Under the pieces are notes generated by a model. It did no database searches. It was not told the DNA's origin and saw nothing but the letters and a program-made list of their open reading frames with translations. The translations under genes and the position numbers were made by a program. Source: Podarcis bocagei (Eukaryota). Taken from it: a DNA stretch of 64,000 nucleotides. Positions 1 to 12,829 of this stretch are shown one piece after another. Location of the stretch: the NCBI GenBank assembly GCA_964188305.1, contig OZ076885.1. One strand, written 5' to 3'. Within the stretch, counting starts at the first letter, position 1; every line of letters starts with the position of its first letter.

Positions 1-1100
1 ACTCCGGTTTCCCTGATCCAAGGACTGAAACCCTCCCCAGGAACGCTCACCACTGCGCCGCAATGGCTTACCGAGCAATTTCCGGGACTAAGTGCCAGTG
101 ACCTCTGGCTCAAACGGAGCCCTTGTTTACAAAGCATCACAGGAGTCCCTTATTACAGACGCCGCGGCATTAAAAACAACACAATCAACACCTTTCATTT
201 CAGATGCAGAGTTTGACTTTTCTGCGGGGCGCCCCGTCAGTGAGCATGCAGATGCGCGCGTGCATGTTTTCTATACTTGTGCCCTGAAAAGTCTCCGGAG
301 GGGGGAACCTTCGATGGGGGGGGGGCGGGCTTAGGTCCACCACCCTGATCCGCACCAGCTCCCCTCGCCGCTTGCTCGCCTCCCCAGCACCTCGGCCCCA
401 GAGAGGCCCCACTCCGCTCTCGGGGGCCGCTTTCTGGGCGCAGGCGGGGCCGAGGGCGCGGTAATTGCAGACCCAGGCGAGGTTTGCGCCGGGGACAAGC
501 TCAGGCAGGGCCCCGCGGGAGCTGTCGGCTTCCCCCACCAAAGCAGTAGCAGTTTGGCAGCATTTTTCTACCCTCGCCGCCTTCCCGGGGGTGGGGGACG
601 GACGAGAGCTGACAGCTTCCTGTTGTCTTCTATTTTTCCACCCCCGCGCCGTAGGTTAATAAAAAAAGAGAGAGAGAGCTGCGGTGGGGCGCCCGCATTT
701 TTCTCTCTGCCTGTGCCCGTGCCCTCGGCGCGCCGTGCGCCCTGGTCAGCGCGCAACGGGCGCAGCCGAGCTGGGCCGGGGGGCGGGCCTTTGGCGCTCT
801 CCAAGGAGGACCACCGGGGGTGGGAGGGAGAGGAGGGCCGCTGGCTGGGCGCTTCCCCGTCGGATCTCGCCGGGGTGAACCACAGTTCAGCGTTTGATCC
901 TCCGCCCCGGGGCTTGATCGTTATGTTTAAAAGGAGGACAAATTGTCCCTGCTTAATGATACCCTTGCCCAGGCCAAAACTCCGGTGTGGGCGCAGCGGA
1001 GCGACCCCCCATCCCACCCCACCTCGCGCCACTCCACCCCCGACGCAGTAAAATCTCAGCTGGATATCGCCCGGGCTCTTTACGCCCAGGTCCAGAACCT
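1..1100. promoter_or_regulatory. CpG island, probably the 3' flank of the WNT6 promoter island (start of intron 1)
   Basis: High GC and dense CpG (e.g. ggcgcgccgtgcgcc), GC boxes (GGGGCGGG). No ATG-signal peptide-GT exon is visible, so WNT6 exon 1 is probably upstream of the window. Confidence 0.7.
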
Positions 1101-2112
1101 GCTTTCTATGGCAGCAGCGGCCAGCTGGGAAATATGGGGTGGATCTGGTGATGAAAGACTCTGGCCTCGAGGGACTGGGACCCTGCTCAGACTCTCGGCT
1201 CAGTCATAAAGTTCAGTGGGTGACCTTGAGCCAGCTGCAGCCCCTCAGTCTATCTCACCTGGCAGGGTTGTTGTGATGATGGCGGGGGTGGTAGAACAAC
1301 CCATTCCTGGACTGGGGATCCTTTTCAAGATGGAAGGATGCACTCCACACTGGTCAACTTTTTATTCAAGGGAGGGCACATGTGGGTGGTGGGTGAGGCC
1401 ACAGGCGAAAGTGGATGGAGCAACCAACGTGAATTTTATTTAGCAGACCAAGAAAAGGCAGGATGTATGTAATAAATTAAAGCTGCTTTGAGCAGCCATT
1501 CAATTTTCCTCCGCAACTGAATATAATTGCGACCAGGTAGGTCCCTCCATATCTGATGGGCTCATTGAGGTCCTTTGTCAAGTACCCTTTTCTGGGCACC
1601 CCTACCTTCAAAAGTTAGGCAGATGGCTGCAGGGGAAAGGGCCATCTCTGCAGTGATGCCCTGATTATGGAAGCACCCTCTCAGACTTGTATGCCTGGTT
1701 CAGCCTTTGTTACCTTTCAGACACCAGGCAGTCCTTTCCCACCAAGCTTATTACAACAGCTTGGGCTGTTTTAGAGTTTGTTATCTTTTTATATGCTTTT
1801 AAGGGGTGCTTTCTGGCTAGTTCTCCTGGAGCTTGTTGTATATTGTTTTGGATTCTAGTTGTGAGCTGCCTTGAAGATTAGAAATATTGGGAAGGAGGAA
1901 TATATATGCTTGTGTGTATCCATGAAGGAGAGATTTTCAGGCATACATAAACCCCAGCACCTCATGCTGCAACTTGCAGTATGTGTGTGTTGCTGTAGGA
2001 ATAGAGGGAGTTTTGATAATCCCCCCATGTCACCTCAGCCCTCCTAGTTGTTACCATAGTTGCTCTCATGATTCTAGAGCCTATGCAATTCCCTTTAGCT
2101 TGACTTGTATTA

Positions 2113-2338
2113 CAGTGGTACCTCGGGTTAAGTACTTAATTCGTTCGGGAGGTCTGTTCATAACCTGAAACTATACTTAACCTGAAGCACCACTTTAGCT
2201 AATGAGGCCTCCTGCTGCTGCTGCACCGCCGGAGCACGATTTCTGTTCTCATCCTCAAGCAAAGTTCTTAACCTGAGGTACTATTTCTGGGTTAGCGAAG
2301 TCTGTAACCTGAAGCGTAGGTAACACTAGGTACCACTG
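2113..2338. mobile_element. Tc1/mariner(pogo)-type MITE
   Basis: TIRs CAGTGGTACC...GGTACCACTG flanked by TA on both sides; near-identical copies at 4439 and 51437. Confidence 0.85.
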
Positions 2339-2979
2339 TACTTGATCCTAAAGGTAAGAGATAACCTAGCAAATTGATAATATAAAACTTGTTTTCGCTT
2401 TCACACACACATTGCACACACATCAGAGGTCTGGCCTTACATATTTTACACTTTTTGTACTGGCGAACAACACTCTACCCCCAAAATGGACACAAACTGA
2501 ATATCACAAAAGGTAGATTTATTATCCCTACAGACTTAAGTTTTCTTTTGTACATGACAATCAGAATGAGTTAGTATAAGCCGCTTTTAGCCCTAATTCT
2601 ATTTCTGTGGTGACTGAGTATTATCTGTTCAGATACTGTGGTATTTTCCCATGCAGTTCCATTGTGATATATGTATCTCTGTTTCACTTTGCTTTGACTT
2701 ACATCTGTATGGTGCCCCTTGTTACCACAGCAGCATAGGAGCTGCTTGTTTGTGGTATCGCCCCACACTTTTGCCTTAATATTTAAAGGGCCAGTGTCTT
2801 CTGCAAAAGGCCAGCTGCATAGGTTCTTCCCACCCTATTGTCACTTGGCTAAGAACAGAGGGAGCAATGGACCCCCATACTGCTGGGCCTGTAAAAGTTA
2901 CAGTAGCAGCATGGACTTAACCCCCCAAAACTGCTCCCATGATGCAGCTGTAACATGCCTAGCTCTACAATTCTATGAT

Positions 2980-3158
2980 CAGGGGTGCCAGCTTGAATAA
3001 AATATGGGGGGGGGAGAGGTAATCTCCGCCCTGCACAATCGATCGCAAGATGCGGCACAGTATTTGAATGGCAATGCCCATCACCTTGGGGGGCAGCCCC
3101 CTCAAATATTTTATTGTGGTTGAAGGAACCTCAGTCCCTAGGAGTTGACTCCTATATG
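2980..3158. mobile_element. hAT-type MITE
   Basis: Perfect 8-bp TSD TCTATGAT (2972-2979 and 3159-3166); CAGGGGTGCC start; degenerate TIR. Confidence 0.65.
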
Positions 3159-4438
3159 TCTATGATTCTATATAAGGGGCACCTGTAGCCCACATTTTAA
3201 AAAATGGCTGTTTTCTCCTCTGTTTTACTGAGTGCAGACCAATGAGATGTATTTGAAAAGAGCCCTGCTGTCCCTATACATTTGACTAAGATCTCAAAAG
3301 ATTGCATTTCTAGCCCTTGTGGCTGGAGAGAAACATTTTGAGAATGGTCGGGTAGCTTTGTCCAATGCTGCCTTAAATGTATAGACTGGACAATGCATTC
3401 AGTGCACAAGAAGTGGAGCTTCAATGTCCTGAGCAGGTGACTGCCTCTCTCCATGGTGCTTATTCAGCTTCAACCCTTCTCCATCTTTCAGTGCCCATTG
3501 ACTACTCTTATTCATGGCTGCATGTGACTGCTGCTCCAAAATCTGTAAAAATGCAATAGTTTATAATCAATTAATGATGTGCATTAGTTATCGTGAGACT
3601 AGCATTTGGGTTTCTTTGGTACCTTATCAAGCTCCTCATCCCCTCTTTTCTTTGCACAGAAGTTACACATCCTGTACTTGTGACGTTGTGTCAGCTATGG
3701 CATATATCTAGCAAATATCTAGTTTGTCTCATGGTTCAACAAAGCGCCAGCTCAAGGGCCTGCTGTCAGTTTGCCCCTAGTTTTGTTGCAATCTGAAAAA
3801 TATAGTCTCAACAGAGCTGTATGGTGTGATTCTTCAGAATGTGTAGATTGGCTCATACTTAGCCAGAGCCCGCAAAATTACAAAACTGATTTATAGAGGC
3901 ATTTTTAACATGTACCAATAAATGGCAAATGGACTGTTTACTCTTCTTGATCTGTTGAACTCAGGACACATCATGATGTTTCCCATGGCAAGGAAAACGT
4001 ATAATGCATCATCTCTATGGCTATAGCTGTGTGTGTGAACAACACTTTGGGGACATTGTCAAAACCAGATGATGCAGATTACCCACTCTAATCTGAATGT
4101 GGGATTACATAATGCTGAGCACACATTCCAAATGGGAAACAGCTCAGAGTTGACTTTGCACAGCTCTGCAACCCAACGTACATACTCCTGAATAAAGAGG
4201 AAAGTACAACTTGGAAGCTGTCAGTGATTCTGTGGAAATGGCCAAAGAGTAGAGATGGTGATGAGGAGGAAATGCAGGGGGTGGCAAAGCAGACAGGATG
4301 TGTGGTAGAGCTGGGGGACGCCCAGGTTGGCATGCAGTATTTGCACCAGAAGGCTCTTCCTGGTTTCTGCTTCTTTGCTGTGCTTATGAGAACAGTGCCC
4401 ATTTGCAGTCCTTCCATTTCCTTAGCCTTACTAAAGTA

Positions 4439-4651
4439 CAGTGGTACATCGGGTTAAGTCCGTGGTCCGTTCTTAACCTGAAACTGTTCTTAACCTGAAG
4501 CACCACTTTAGCTAATGGGGCCTCCTGCTGCCGCTGCGCCGCTGGAGCATGATTTCTGTTCTCATCCTGAAGCATAGTTCTTAACCTGAGGTACTATTTC
4601 TGGGTTAGCGGAGTCTGTAACCTGAAGCGTATGTAACCCGAAGTACCACTG
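4439..4651. mobile_element. Tc1/mariner-type MITE (same family as 2113)
   Basis: TA-CAGTGGTAC...GTACCACTG-TA; internal sequence matches 2113-2338. Confidence 0.85.
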
Positions 4652-5529
4652 TATGATGACCCTTCTGCATTTCCAATCAGCACTCACTGGTACTCAGGAT
4701 TCCACTAAGTGCAAGATAGGTCTTATATATGTCTGATATATGGTATGAGGTTAGGCCTCTGGATACCTGCTGCTAAGGAGCAAGATCAAGGCAGGGCTGT
4801 TGCTGTTTTGGGTTTCACAGAGGCATCAGGTTGGTCGCTGTGGGAAACAGAACACTGAATTAGATGGACCTTTGGTCTGATCCAGCAAGGCTCTTCCTAT
4901 GTTATGAAGAGGTTGCATGTTTTTGTACCACACCCCATTCTAGAGCTATTGCCAGTATGATGCAGAGCAGAAGCAGCTCATGACGGGATCATAATGGATG
5001 ACTATGAAGACAGGACAAATAAGAAAGTGCAGCGCTGCCTGTGTGGTCTCATTCATAAGCACAGTCATTGCCTTCAAAGTTCATGGGTGGTGCACATGGA
5101 TTCCTTAAACCCTGTGCTTTATAACTTCCTCTCTGGACATGTACCCAGGTCACTGAGTTGGGTTGAACCATTGCTGGAAATCCCCTGGCTGCCTCAGCTT
5201 CTCTAGTGACTCATTTTCTTCATTTTGATTCCTCCAGAACTTGCTGAGAATGGCAGAAGATGAGCCAGGCAGTAAGGAGCCTTTTTGTGCCCTCTTATCC
5301 AAGAAGATAGGCAGAGATCCAAGTGGGGAAATCCCCTGTAAGATCTGTTAGCTCCACTATCTGGGACTCTGAACAGGCTGAAAGCCTTCTGAATTTTAAG
5401 TGTTGCGGTGCTGAGGTTTCCCCTGAAATAAGCTGCTATTTTATATACCACCATCAGGTATCACACACTGTTAAGCCGCCTGCCACTAGACAAAAAATGG
5501 ACAATAATGAAACACTGGGCACAGCAGAT

Positions 5530-6312
5530 TAGAATCATAGAATCATAGAATCATAGAATCATAGAGTTGGAAGAGACCACAAGGGCCATCGAGTCCAACC
5601 CCCTGCCAAGCAGGAAACACCATCAGAGCACTCCTGACATATGGTTGTCAAGCCTCTGCTTAAAGACCTCCAAAGAAGGAGACGCCACCACACTCCTTGG
5701 CAGCAAATTCCACTGTCGAACAGCTCTTACTGTCAGGAAGTTCTTCCTAATGTTTAGGTGGAATCTTCTTTCTTGTGTTTTGGATCCATTGCTCCGTGTC
5801 CGCTTCTCTGGAGCAGCAGAAAACAACCTTTCTCCCTCCTCTATGTGACATCCTTTTATATATTTGAACATGGCTATCATATCACCCCTTAACCTCCTCT
5901 TCTCCAGGCTAAACATGCCCAGCTCCCTTAGCCGTTCCTCATAAGGCATCGTTTCCAGGCCTTTGACCATTTTGGTTGCCCTCTTCTGGACACGTTCCAG
6001 TTTGTCAGTGTCCTTCTTGAATTGTGGTGCCCAGAACTGGACACAGTACTCCAGGTGAGGTCTGACCAGAGCAGAATACAGTGGCACTATTACTTCCCTT
6101 GATCTAGATGCTATACTCCTATTGATGAGGCCCAGAATTGCATTGGCTTTTTTAGCTGCCGCGTCACACTGTTGGCTCATGTCAAGTTTGTGGTCAACCA
6201 AGACTCCTAGATCCTTTTCACATGTACTGCTCTCAAGCCAGGTGTCACCCATCTTGTATTTGTGCCTCTCATTTTTTTTGCCCAAGTGCAATACTTTACA
6301 TTTCTCCCTGTT
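5530..6312 (-). mobile_element. 5'-truncated CR1 LINE (young)
   Basis: Uninterrupted CR1 ORF2 C-terminus (KCKVLHLG...LYSALVRPHLEYCVQFWAP...LEKRRLRGDMI), 3'UTR, and a (TGATTCTA)4 tail; possible TSD AGATTA at 5526 and 6333. Confidence 0.95.
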
Positions 6313-7684
6313 AATGTTAACATTAATGTTAAAGATTAATGTTATTCTTTGCCTTCGTGGTATCAATCCATGCCTTCCTAGCCCATAGCCCTATCTTAGA
6401 TACCCAAAATGCATTGCATTGCATGTTGCAGACTGAAAAAGTTGAATGTGTCTTTGATGGGTAGTAAATATGAAGGAGAAAAATGTTCAGGAGTTGATGC
6501 ACAAGGAAGCATGTGGGCTACACCAAGTGCCTGAGCACAGGGAGCCTCACCAAACCCCCTCTCTGGCCTTTGAAATTTAGCAGAAACATGGCATATTTTC
6601 AAGTTCTTCTTCATGACCATGAAAGCAGCAAAATTGTTCTTTTTAGAAATGAACATTGAGATTACAGTATCTGGATGTTCCATGTGACTGCATCTGACAT
6701 GAAACAGGTTTGTAAGTTTCTCCCAGGAGAATTGAAGCCCCTTGGATTCTAGGGTGAGGAGATTCCTGGGACTAGCCTCCCCAAAAAGTTGACAACAGAC
6801 ACATTCTTAAGTGTGATGAGTAAAACCCCTGCACTGAGAATCATCTGGTAAACCAAGGAGGAAAGCTGGCATAAACCCAGAGCTTGTTTACTGGCCTTTA
6901 TCATTTTTCAAGGCCAGTCAGCTGTTTCCTCGCAAGAAAGATGTTTCCCCTGTTTCTCTGGATTGTGCTGTTCTCTACCCCAGAACAAGCAACATTTCTA
7001 GAATTCATTAAGTTGTATCCAACTTAAGTAATACACAGGGTGGACCTATTGAGAACAGTTATTATTTATGCATAAATTAAGTCAATTGATTTCAATTGGT
7101 CTGCTCTTGGGTATGACTTGCTAAAATACCGTACAACCTACTGTGTTTTATGGACTTGTTTAGCACTATGGACTATTCTGCATAGAATAAAGTGATAGTG
7201 AGATGACCTGTTCTTAGACTATACCGTGTCAGACTGTAGATAAGAGTATTTATTTTTATTTTTAAAAACCCACTCTGTCTATAGAAAACAAGCATGGCTG
7301 AAGAAGAGATTTAGTGTAACCCTTTCCTTAAGGTTACTACATTCAGGGAATTAAAAGAAAATATGGGGAAGTATTCAAAGATATATATGACCCACCCCCC
7401 TCTTACTTGTAGTCTGAAGTACAGCCCAGAATTCTACAACCCCAGGTCTCCCATTCTATTCTGTGTAGAATAGTTCCCAGTGTGTAGAACAGCTTCCCAG
7501 TGACAAGTGAAGATCACGCTGCCCTGGCCTAAGGGGGGAAACAAGTCTCAAGTTATGTCAGAGTAATTCGCTAAAAGTCCACCTAAAAGTCAACTGGTGG
7601 TGATTTTTTTGGGGGGGAGGGGGAGTCATGTGAAACAGCTGTCAGATTGAGAAAGTAGCAGCTAGGAAAATATATAGCAACAAC

Positions 7685-8632
7685 AACACCTTTATTGTCA
7701 TTGTACAACTTGTGTAAAATGAAATTAAACAAGCCTCCCCCCCAAAAAAAAACACTCAATCTCTTTTCGAACAACACACCACCTCACAAGTCAATTTCAC
7801 TGTTATTTTCCGTTCAACAGCCTAACAGTCCACGGATAGAAGCTATTTTTTAGCCTATTGGTACGGCTGGTTAAATATACTTATATATCTCCTGCCTGAG
7901 GGTAGAAGATTAAAGAGGTGATAGCTGGGGTGTGAGTCATCCCTGAGAATTTTTTTTGCTCTCCTAAGGCAACGATCCCTTGCAATGTCATCTAGCGGAC
8001 TCAAGGGACAGCCCATGATATCATGTGCTGTATTCACCACCCTCTGTAGAGACTTTCTGTCCGTGGCTGTCAGGCCAGCATACCACACTGTGTTACAATA
8101 TGAAAGGACACTTTCTATTGTGGACCAGTAAAAGGAGTTAATCAATTGTTGTTTAACATTATTCTTTCGCAAGACCCTGAGGAAATGGAGTCTCTGTTGG
8201 GCCTTTCTGACCACCTGAGTTATGTTGATTTTCCAAGTGAGGTCCTCACTAAGGTAAACTCCCAGGAATTTAAAGGAGGAGACACTCTCCACACAGCCCC
8301 CCTCGATATACACTGGGGCAGGTTCCCCTCTCTTCCTCCGGAAGTCCAACACCATCTCCTTTGTCTTACTAATATTTAGGTGCAAGTTATTCTCTAAGCA
8401 CCATGTAGATACTTTTTGAACCTCCCCCCTGTACGCTGTTTCATCTCCGCCTGCAATTAGGCCCATTATGGTAGTATCATCTGCAAACTTAATAATTACT
8501 GTGAATGGATCAGATTATATGCAGTCATATGGGTACAATGAGTACAGGTAGGGACTTAGCACACATCCCTGTGGGGTGCCAGTGCTAAGCTTCAGGGAGG
8601 TAGATGTAACAGTCCCAATCCTCACCGTTTGT
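7685..8632 (-). mobile_element. 5'-truncated Rex1/Babar-type LINE (degraded RT)
   Basis: Minus strand reads GTPQGCVLSP, KFADDTT, GDETAYR.EV, KAQQRLHFLR, and after a frameshift TNRLKNSFYP.TVRLLN; 3' end ...gtacaatgacaataaag. Confidence 0.88.
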
Positions 8633-8758
8633 GTGGATGCTGGTTCTGTATATACCAGAAGTAATTTCATTGGCTAAGCACAATGCAGAGTTGGAGAGTC
8701 CTTTGGTGTAAGCCAGCATAGCAATTCCTATGTATTTAAGATGAGGACAAACCACAGG

Positions 8759-8830
8759 CAATGAGTGCTTTTTGCCCTGTTAGTGAGTATTCCCCAATGA
8801 GTGCTTTTTGCCCTGCTAGTGAGTATTCCC
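8759..8830. repeat. 36-bp tandem duplication
   Basis: caatgagtgctttttgccctg(t/c)tagtgagtattccc occurs twice, inside an old LINE-tail-like repeat. Confidence 0.9.
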
Positions 8831-9797
8831 AGGGCATCTGGTTTGCTATTGTTACAGACAGCAAATGTGCTTTTTAGTCTGACCTAGCACAGCAGATGTT
8901 TTTGTTGTAGTAGTTAGGTATTTTATAACTTTTGTAATCCATTTTTTACCTAAAGGGCCCAGAGCAGAGAATACATATTAAAACAATACAAATATATATA
9001 TAATTCAAAGTACAGTAAAGTCACCAAGTAGGAGCAGAAACAATATGCACTTAGGATGCTCCTCAGAGAATGAGGTTTACACTTATTCCTGGGACTTTAG
9101 CTAGGATCTACATCAGTCATCCATATTCCTTGAAAATACATACTGTCAAACTTTGAATACAATAAAGTGTTTTTTTAATTACTTATAAGAGCATTTGTAT
9201 TGTAAAATACTCAACCCCAATGCTTTTTAAAGTTGGCTTTGCATCCTTTTAGAAGACTGAATTCTATTCTGCCTCCTTTTTCTCATTAGATCAGTGTAAG
9301 TTATTTGAGTGTCACCTACTCTAAAACCTCAAGGCATTACTATGAACAAAATAGGAAATAAAGACCATAAATATGATGGACTTATAAAGGAACATCAATA
9401 ACCCAACCCAAAGCTATGTAGGGGGAGCCTCCCTGTCCAAAACAACAACCCCAATAAAGAACAATTGTCAGCTGGAAGATGTGGACTCAAAACCCCTAAT
9501 AACTGTGCCACTATTAAAACTAATAAAATTGCAACAAATTTACTAAAAATCAGAGGGGAAATTTAAAAAAGTCTTCTTGTTTCTAGACTGGTTTTGCATA
9601 GACATCTGGGTTCAGTGGATAATTTTATCATTTTGGGGCTTTCCCAGATGGTTGCTATTTGCAGGTGAGATTCAATCACCTGCTGGCAAATTAAGGTTGC
9701 ACAATTAAAGCTGATTGGAAGGTCTTACGCAACAAACCTGCTTCCGCAAAAGACAGACTTTTTGAGAGAAGGAAAGTGATAGAAAAATGCACTGGGA

Positions 9798-9965
9798 CAT
9801 GGGCGTAGCCACGGGGTGTAGCCCGTCCCCCCAAATCCTCAAAAAGTATTGAAAAGCATTGAAAATACTCAATTAACTGAGGTTCTGCTCCCCCCACCCA
9901 GCAGAAGCCTGACCCCCAAACAAAAGCCAATCTCCCAACAAAAAGCTCAGCTGGCTACGCCCATG
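9798..9965. mobile_element. hAT-type MITE
   Basis: 14-bp TIR CATGGGCGTAGCCA/TGGCTACGCCCATG and perfect 8-bp TSD CACTGGGA. Confidence 0.9.
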
Positions 9966-10207
9966 CACTGGGAGGTGTGGAATAACACTTGCCTTGATGC
10001 TACATTGTCTAGCTTCCCTGCATAAGATCAGAATGAATGCTCATTTAATAGCCAACATCATCTAAACTCCCTGCAAACAAATCAGGATTAATGCTCAATG
10101 AAAATGTCCCCTGGAAAACACCCAATATCTTTGATGCCTATCCTAGGCCTAACCATTTCTATGTAGCTAGAGTGTTTTTCCTTTTCTTTTCCCTCCAACC
10201 TCTCCAG

Positions 10208-10428
10208 GGCAGTGGGCAGCCCATTGGTCATGGATCCCAACAGCATCTGCCGGAAGACCAAGCGGCTGGCTGGGAAGCAGGCTGAGCTGTGCCAGACGGA
10301 GCCTGAGATCATGCAGGAGGTGGCCAAGGGGGCCAGGCTGGGCGTGCGGGAGTGCCAGTACCAATTCCGCTTTCGTCGCTGGAACTGCACCAGCCACAGC
10401 AAATATTTCGGCAAGATCCTACAGCAGG
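10208..10428 (+). CDS. WNT6: Wnt-6, coding exon 2 (exon 1 not in window)
   Basis: Polypyrimidine tract+AG acceptor ending 10207, donor G|GTGAG at 10429. Encodes AVGSPLVMDPNSICRKTKRLAGKQAELCQTEPE...ECQYQFRFRRWNCTSHSKYFGKILQQ, the Wnt6 N-terminal domain; 221 nt. Confidence 0.97.
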
Positions 10429-10549
10429 GTGAGCTGTTGTTTGGGGAGGCAATTTCTCCCTTTGGGATTTTCCCAGAGACTAGAAGGCAGGTCTAGCTCT
10501 ACCACTGGGCAAAGCGATGCAGAATCAGCAGAAATGCTTTTCTGTCTGG

Positions 10550-10740
10550 CCACATCCACGCCTTACATCTAAGGCAGTATCCTACTAAGCAGTCATGGCT
10601 TCCCCAAAAGAATCCTGGGAAGTGCAGTTTGTTAAAAGTGCTGACCACACAAAGCTGCGGTTCCCAGAGCCCTTAACAAACTGCAGTTCCCATAATTCTC
10701 TATGATAGTTAAAGTGGAATAGGAGACCTGGTGTGTGTGT
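10550..10740. repeat. Short palindromic interspersed repeat (ggaactacagttcccag family; also about 13850-13990, 20830-20965, 36515-36670, 47540-47580)
   Basis: Shared core catggcttcccc-aaagaatcctggga-tgtagttt...aaactacagttccc recurs several times in the window. Confidence 0.6.
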
Positions 10741-12829
10741 GACCTTCTGTCTATGCCTGAATGCTGAAGTGTATCCATGAAGAGAAGCATTCCCCCCCCC
10801 CCCCCGCTGTGATATGCTGAAAAGTGCTGAGGCCTCCAGACAGCAACCATATTTTTCAGTCAGCCTGCAAAAACTTCACACATCACCAGCTCCAACTTTG
10901 TGTGTACACAGAAAATATGTCAAGGTTGTGAAGTAGTCTGCATTCTGTTGCCACATGCATTTCATAATTTGCATGAAACGTACATGTCTCTGCAGCTGTT
11001 GCATGTGATGATACACACAAGGGTTTCAAATCATTTCCAGCACTGAAGTGCTTTCCATGTTGGAAAATATTGGGAAGAAACCTTTATATGCTACAAGCCC
11101 TACAACTAATTTCATTTATATCATTTATAAGGGAAGAAGGGTTATCCATTTTTCTGAAGGGCTGCAACATTAATTGATTGAAACCTTTTTGATCAATTAA
11201 AAATGTTCCTCCAGGCAGCAGATATTTAAAAACAAATTGTAATTATTTTAATTGCTAGGTACTTACAAAAAGCACAGTAGCAGGCTCTTCTCAGAAGCAG
11301 CTCCCCTTTTCTCATCCAAAGGAAGAAATGGCTCTTTTAAGATGCCTGTTGTGACATGTGCATAGATCACTGAAAGGCAAAGGAAATATGCATTTTATGT
11401 ATAGCTACCGATTTATTCATATGCAAATGCACACAAATTTAAGTGATTGATTTACTAAGATTTCTTTAATCTGGGGACAGTCCTCAAAATGAAACTGGGT
11501 GCTGCCTTTCATTGCTTTGCGCATGAAATCAAGGCCAATCATGGAAAAAACAACACTTTCCCTGTCCAAATATTTTCTGCACTGTGGCTGGATGCAATAG
11601 CCAGTGTGGTACGGGAATTAGATGTTGGACTAGGACCTTTCTGGGAGCAGAAGGATCTGATACATTTTCCTAGGTGGGGGGGGTTGCTTTGTGTCTCCCC
11701 CTCCTCTTGCTCCCACAGAAGGTACAGGACAACACCACATTAGAGTATGTGAGGCAAGGGAATTGCTGGGTCCTCAGGGCGGCACAGGTTATTGCTACAG
11801 GCCGAAGGTTTACTGCTATGACATGTCTCACTGTCCTTGTAATGAAGCAATTATGGGTGCTCCCAGACAATACAGCAGCTTTTAATAAAGCCCAAGAATG
11901 TATCCGTGTCTGGGAGTGATTTACTGCCCCCCATTCCGCCCCCCCTCCCATTAGACTGTGCTCCTACATGTCCTTATAGCTTCCTCCAGGCTTCCCAGCA
12001 ACCTGACAGAATAGGAGCCTGGGCAATAAATAAGACACACCCCAGGAAGCCCCCTTGCCACAATACTGGATGGTGTATTTTATTCCAACCCTGCCCCAAA
12101 TGTAAGAGGACAGGCAGGTCAAAAGGACAGGGCAGGATCCTGGTGCACTGCCCTAGGGCCAGCAACAGGCACACTATGGGCACGACTAATGTTGTCAGGC
12201 TCATAAAAAGGGTTCGTAAAAATAAGAGCCACCTTTTTGAGGAAAATTTCATGTGACGTTTTGAACACCAACTTGGGAGGTCATTGTTATAAATTTCTAT
12301 CTACTGGAATACAAAACAAGTGGCTCTACACATCCCACTCCCAATACCTGCAAAAGTTTCAGGGTGGACATACTGCTCATATCCCATAACTTCCTACTGA
12401 AATCCTATAACTTTAAACCACAAAGTTACTCATGCTGTTGTTTTTCTTGATTTTGTTGTGGCCTTTCAGATGGCAATAATACAGTAATACTGGGGAAGCA
12501 TTGCAATGCAACTAACAAAGCAGAATGGTACAGGGATGGTCCAATATAAACCCACCACCAATGCACTATTATTGTATTAATAACATGTTGCAAAACGCAT
12601 CCCCCCCAAAACCCCCACCACCCTCACCAGTCTATAGGGGCTTGTACACAGTGGCTAACATTTCTATTGAGAGCACATGCAGACGATGACAATATTTCCC
12701 TTAGATATTTGATCTTCAGAGCCCTTTCCAGCCAGAGCAGAAGCCCATCAGGCTTCTAACCTAACTTCCAAAGTACGAAAGTAAAGGAATGGGAGGCTCT
12801 TTCCCTTGTCGGTCATTTCACTCCCTAAT

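Noticed and set aside
92-1209. Overlapping ORFs in the first CpG island as WNT6 exon 1 or a novel gene
   Set aside because: None encodes a signal peptide ending in the expected GLW(W) with a phase-2 donor. Long ORFs on both strands are expected in GC-rich DNA.
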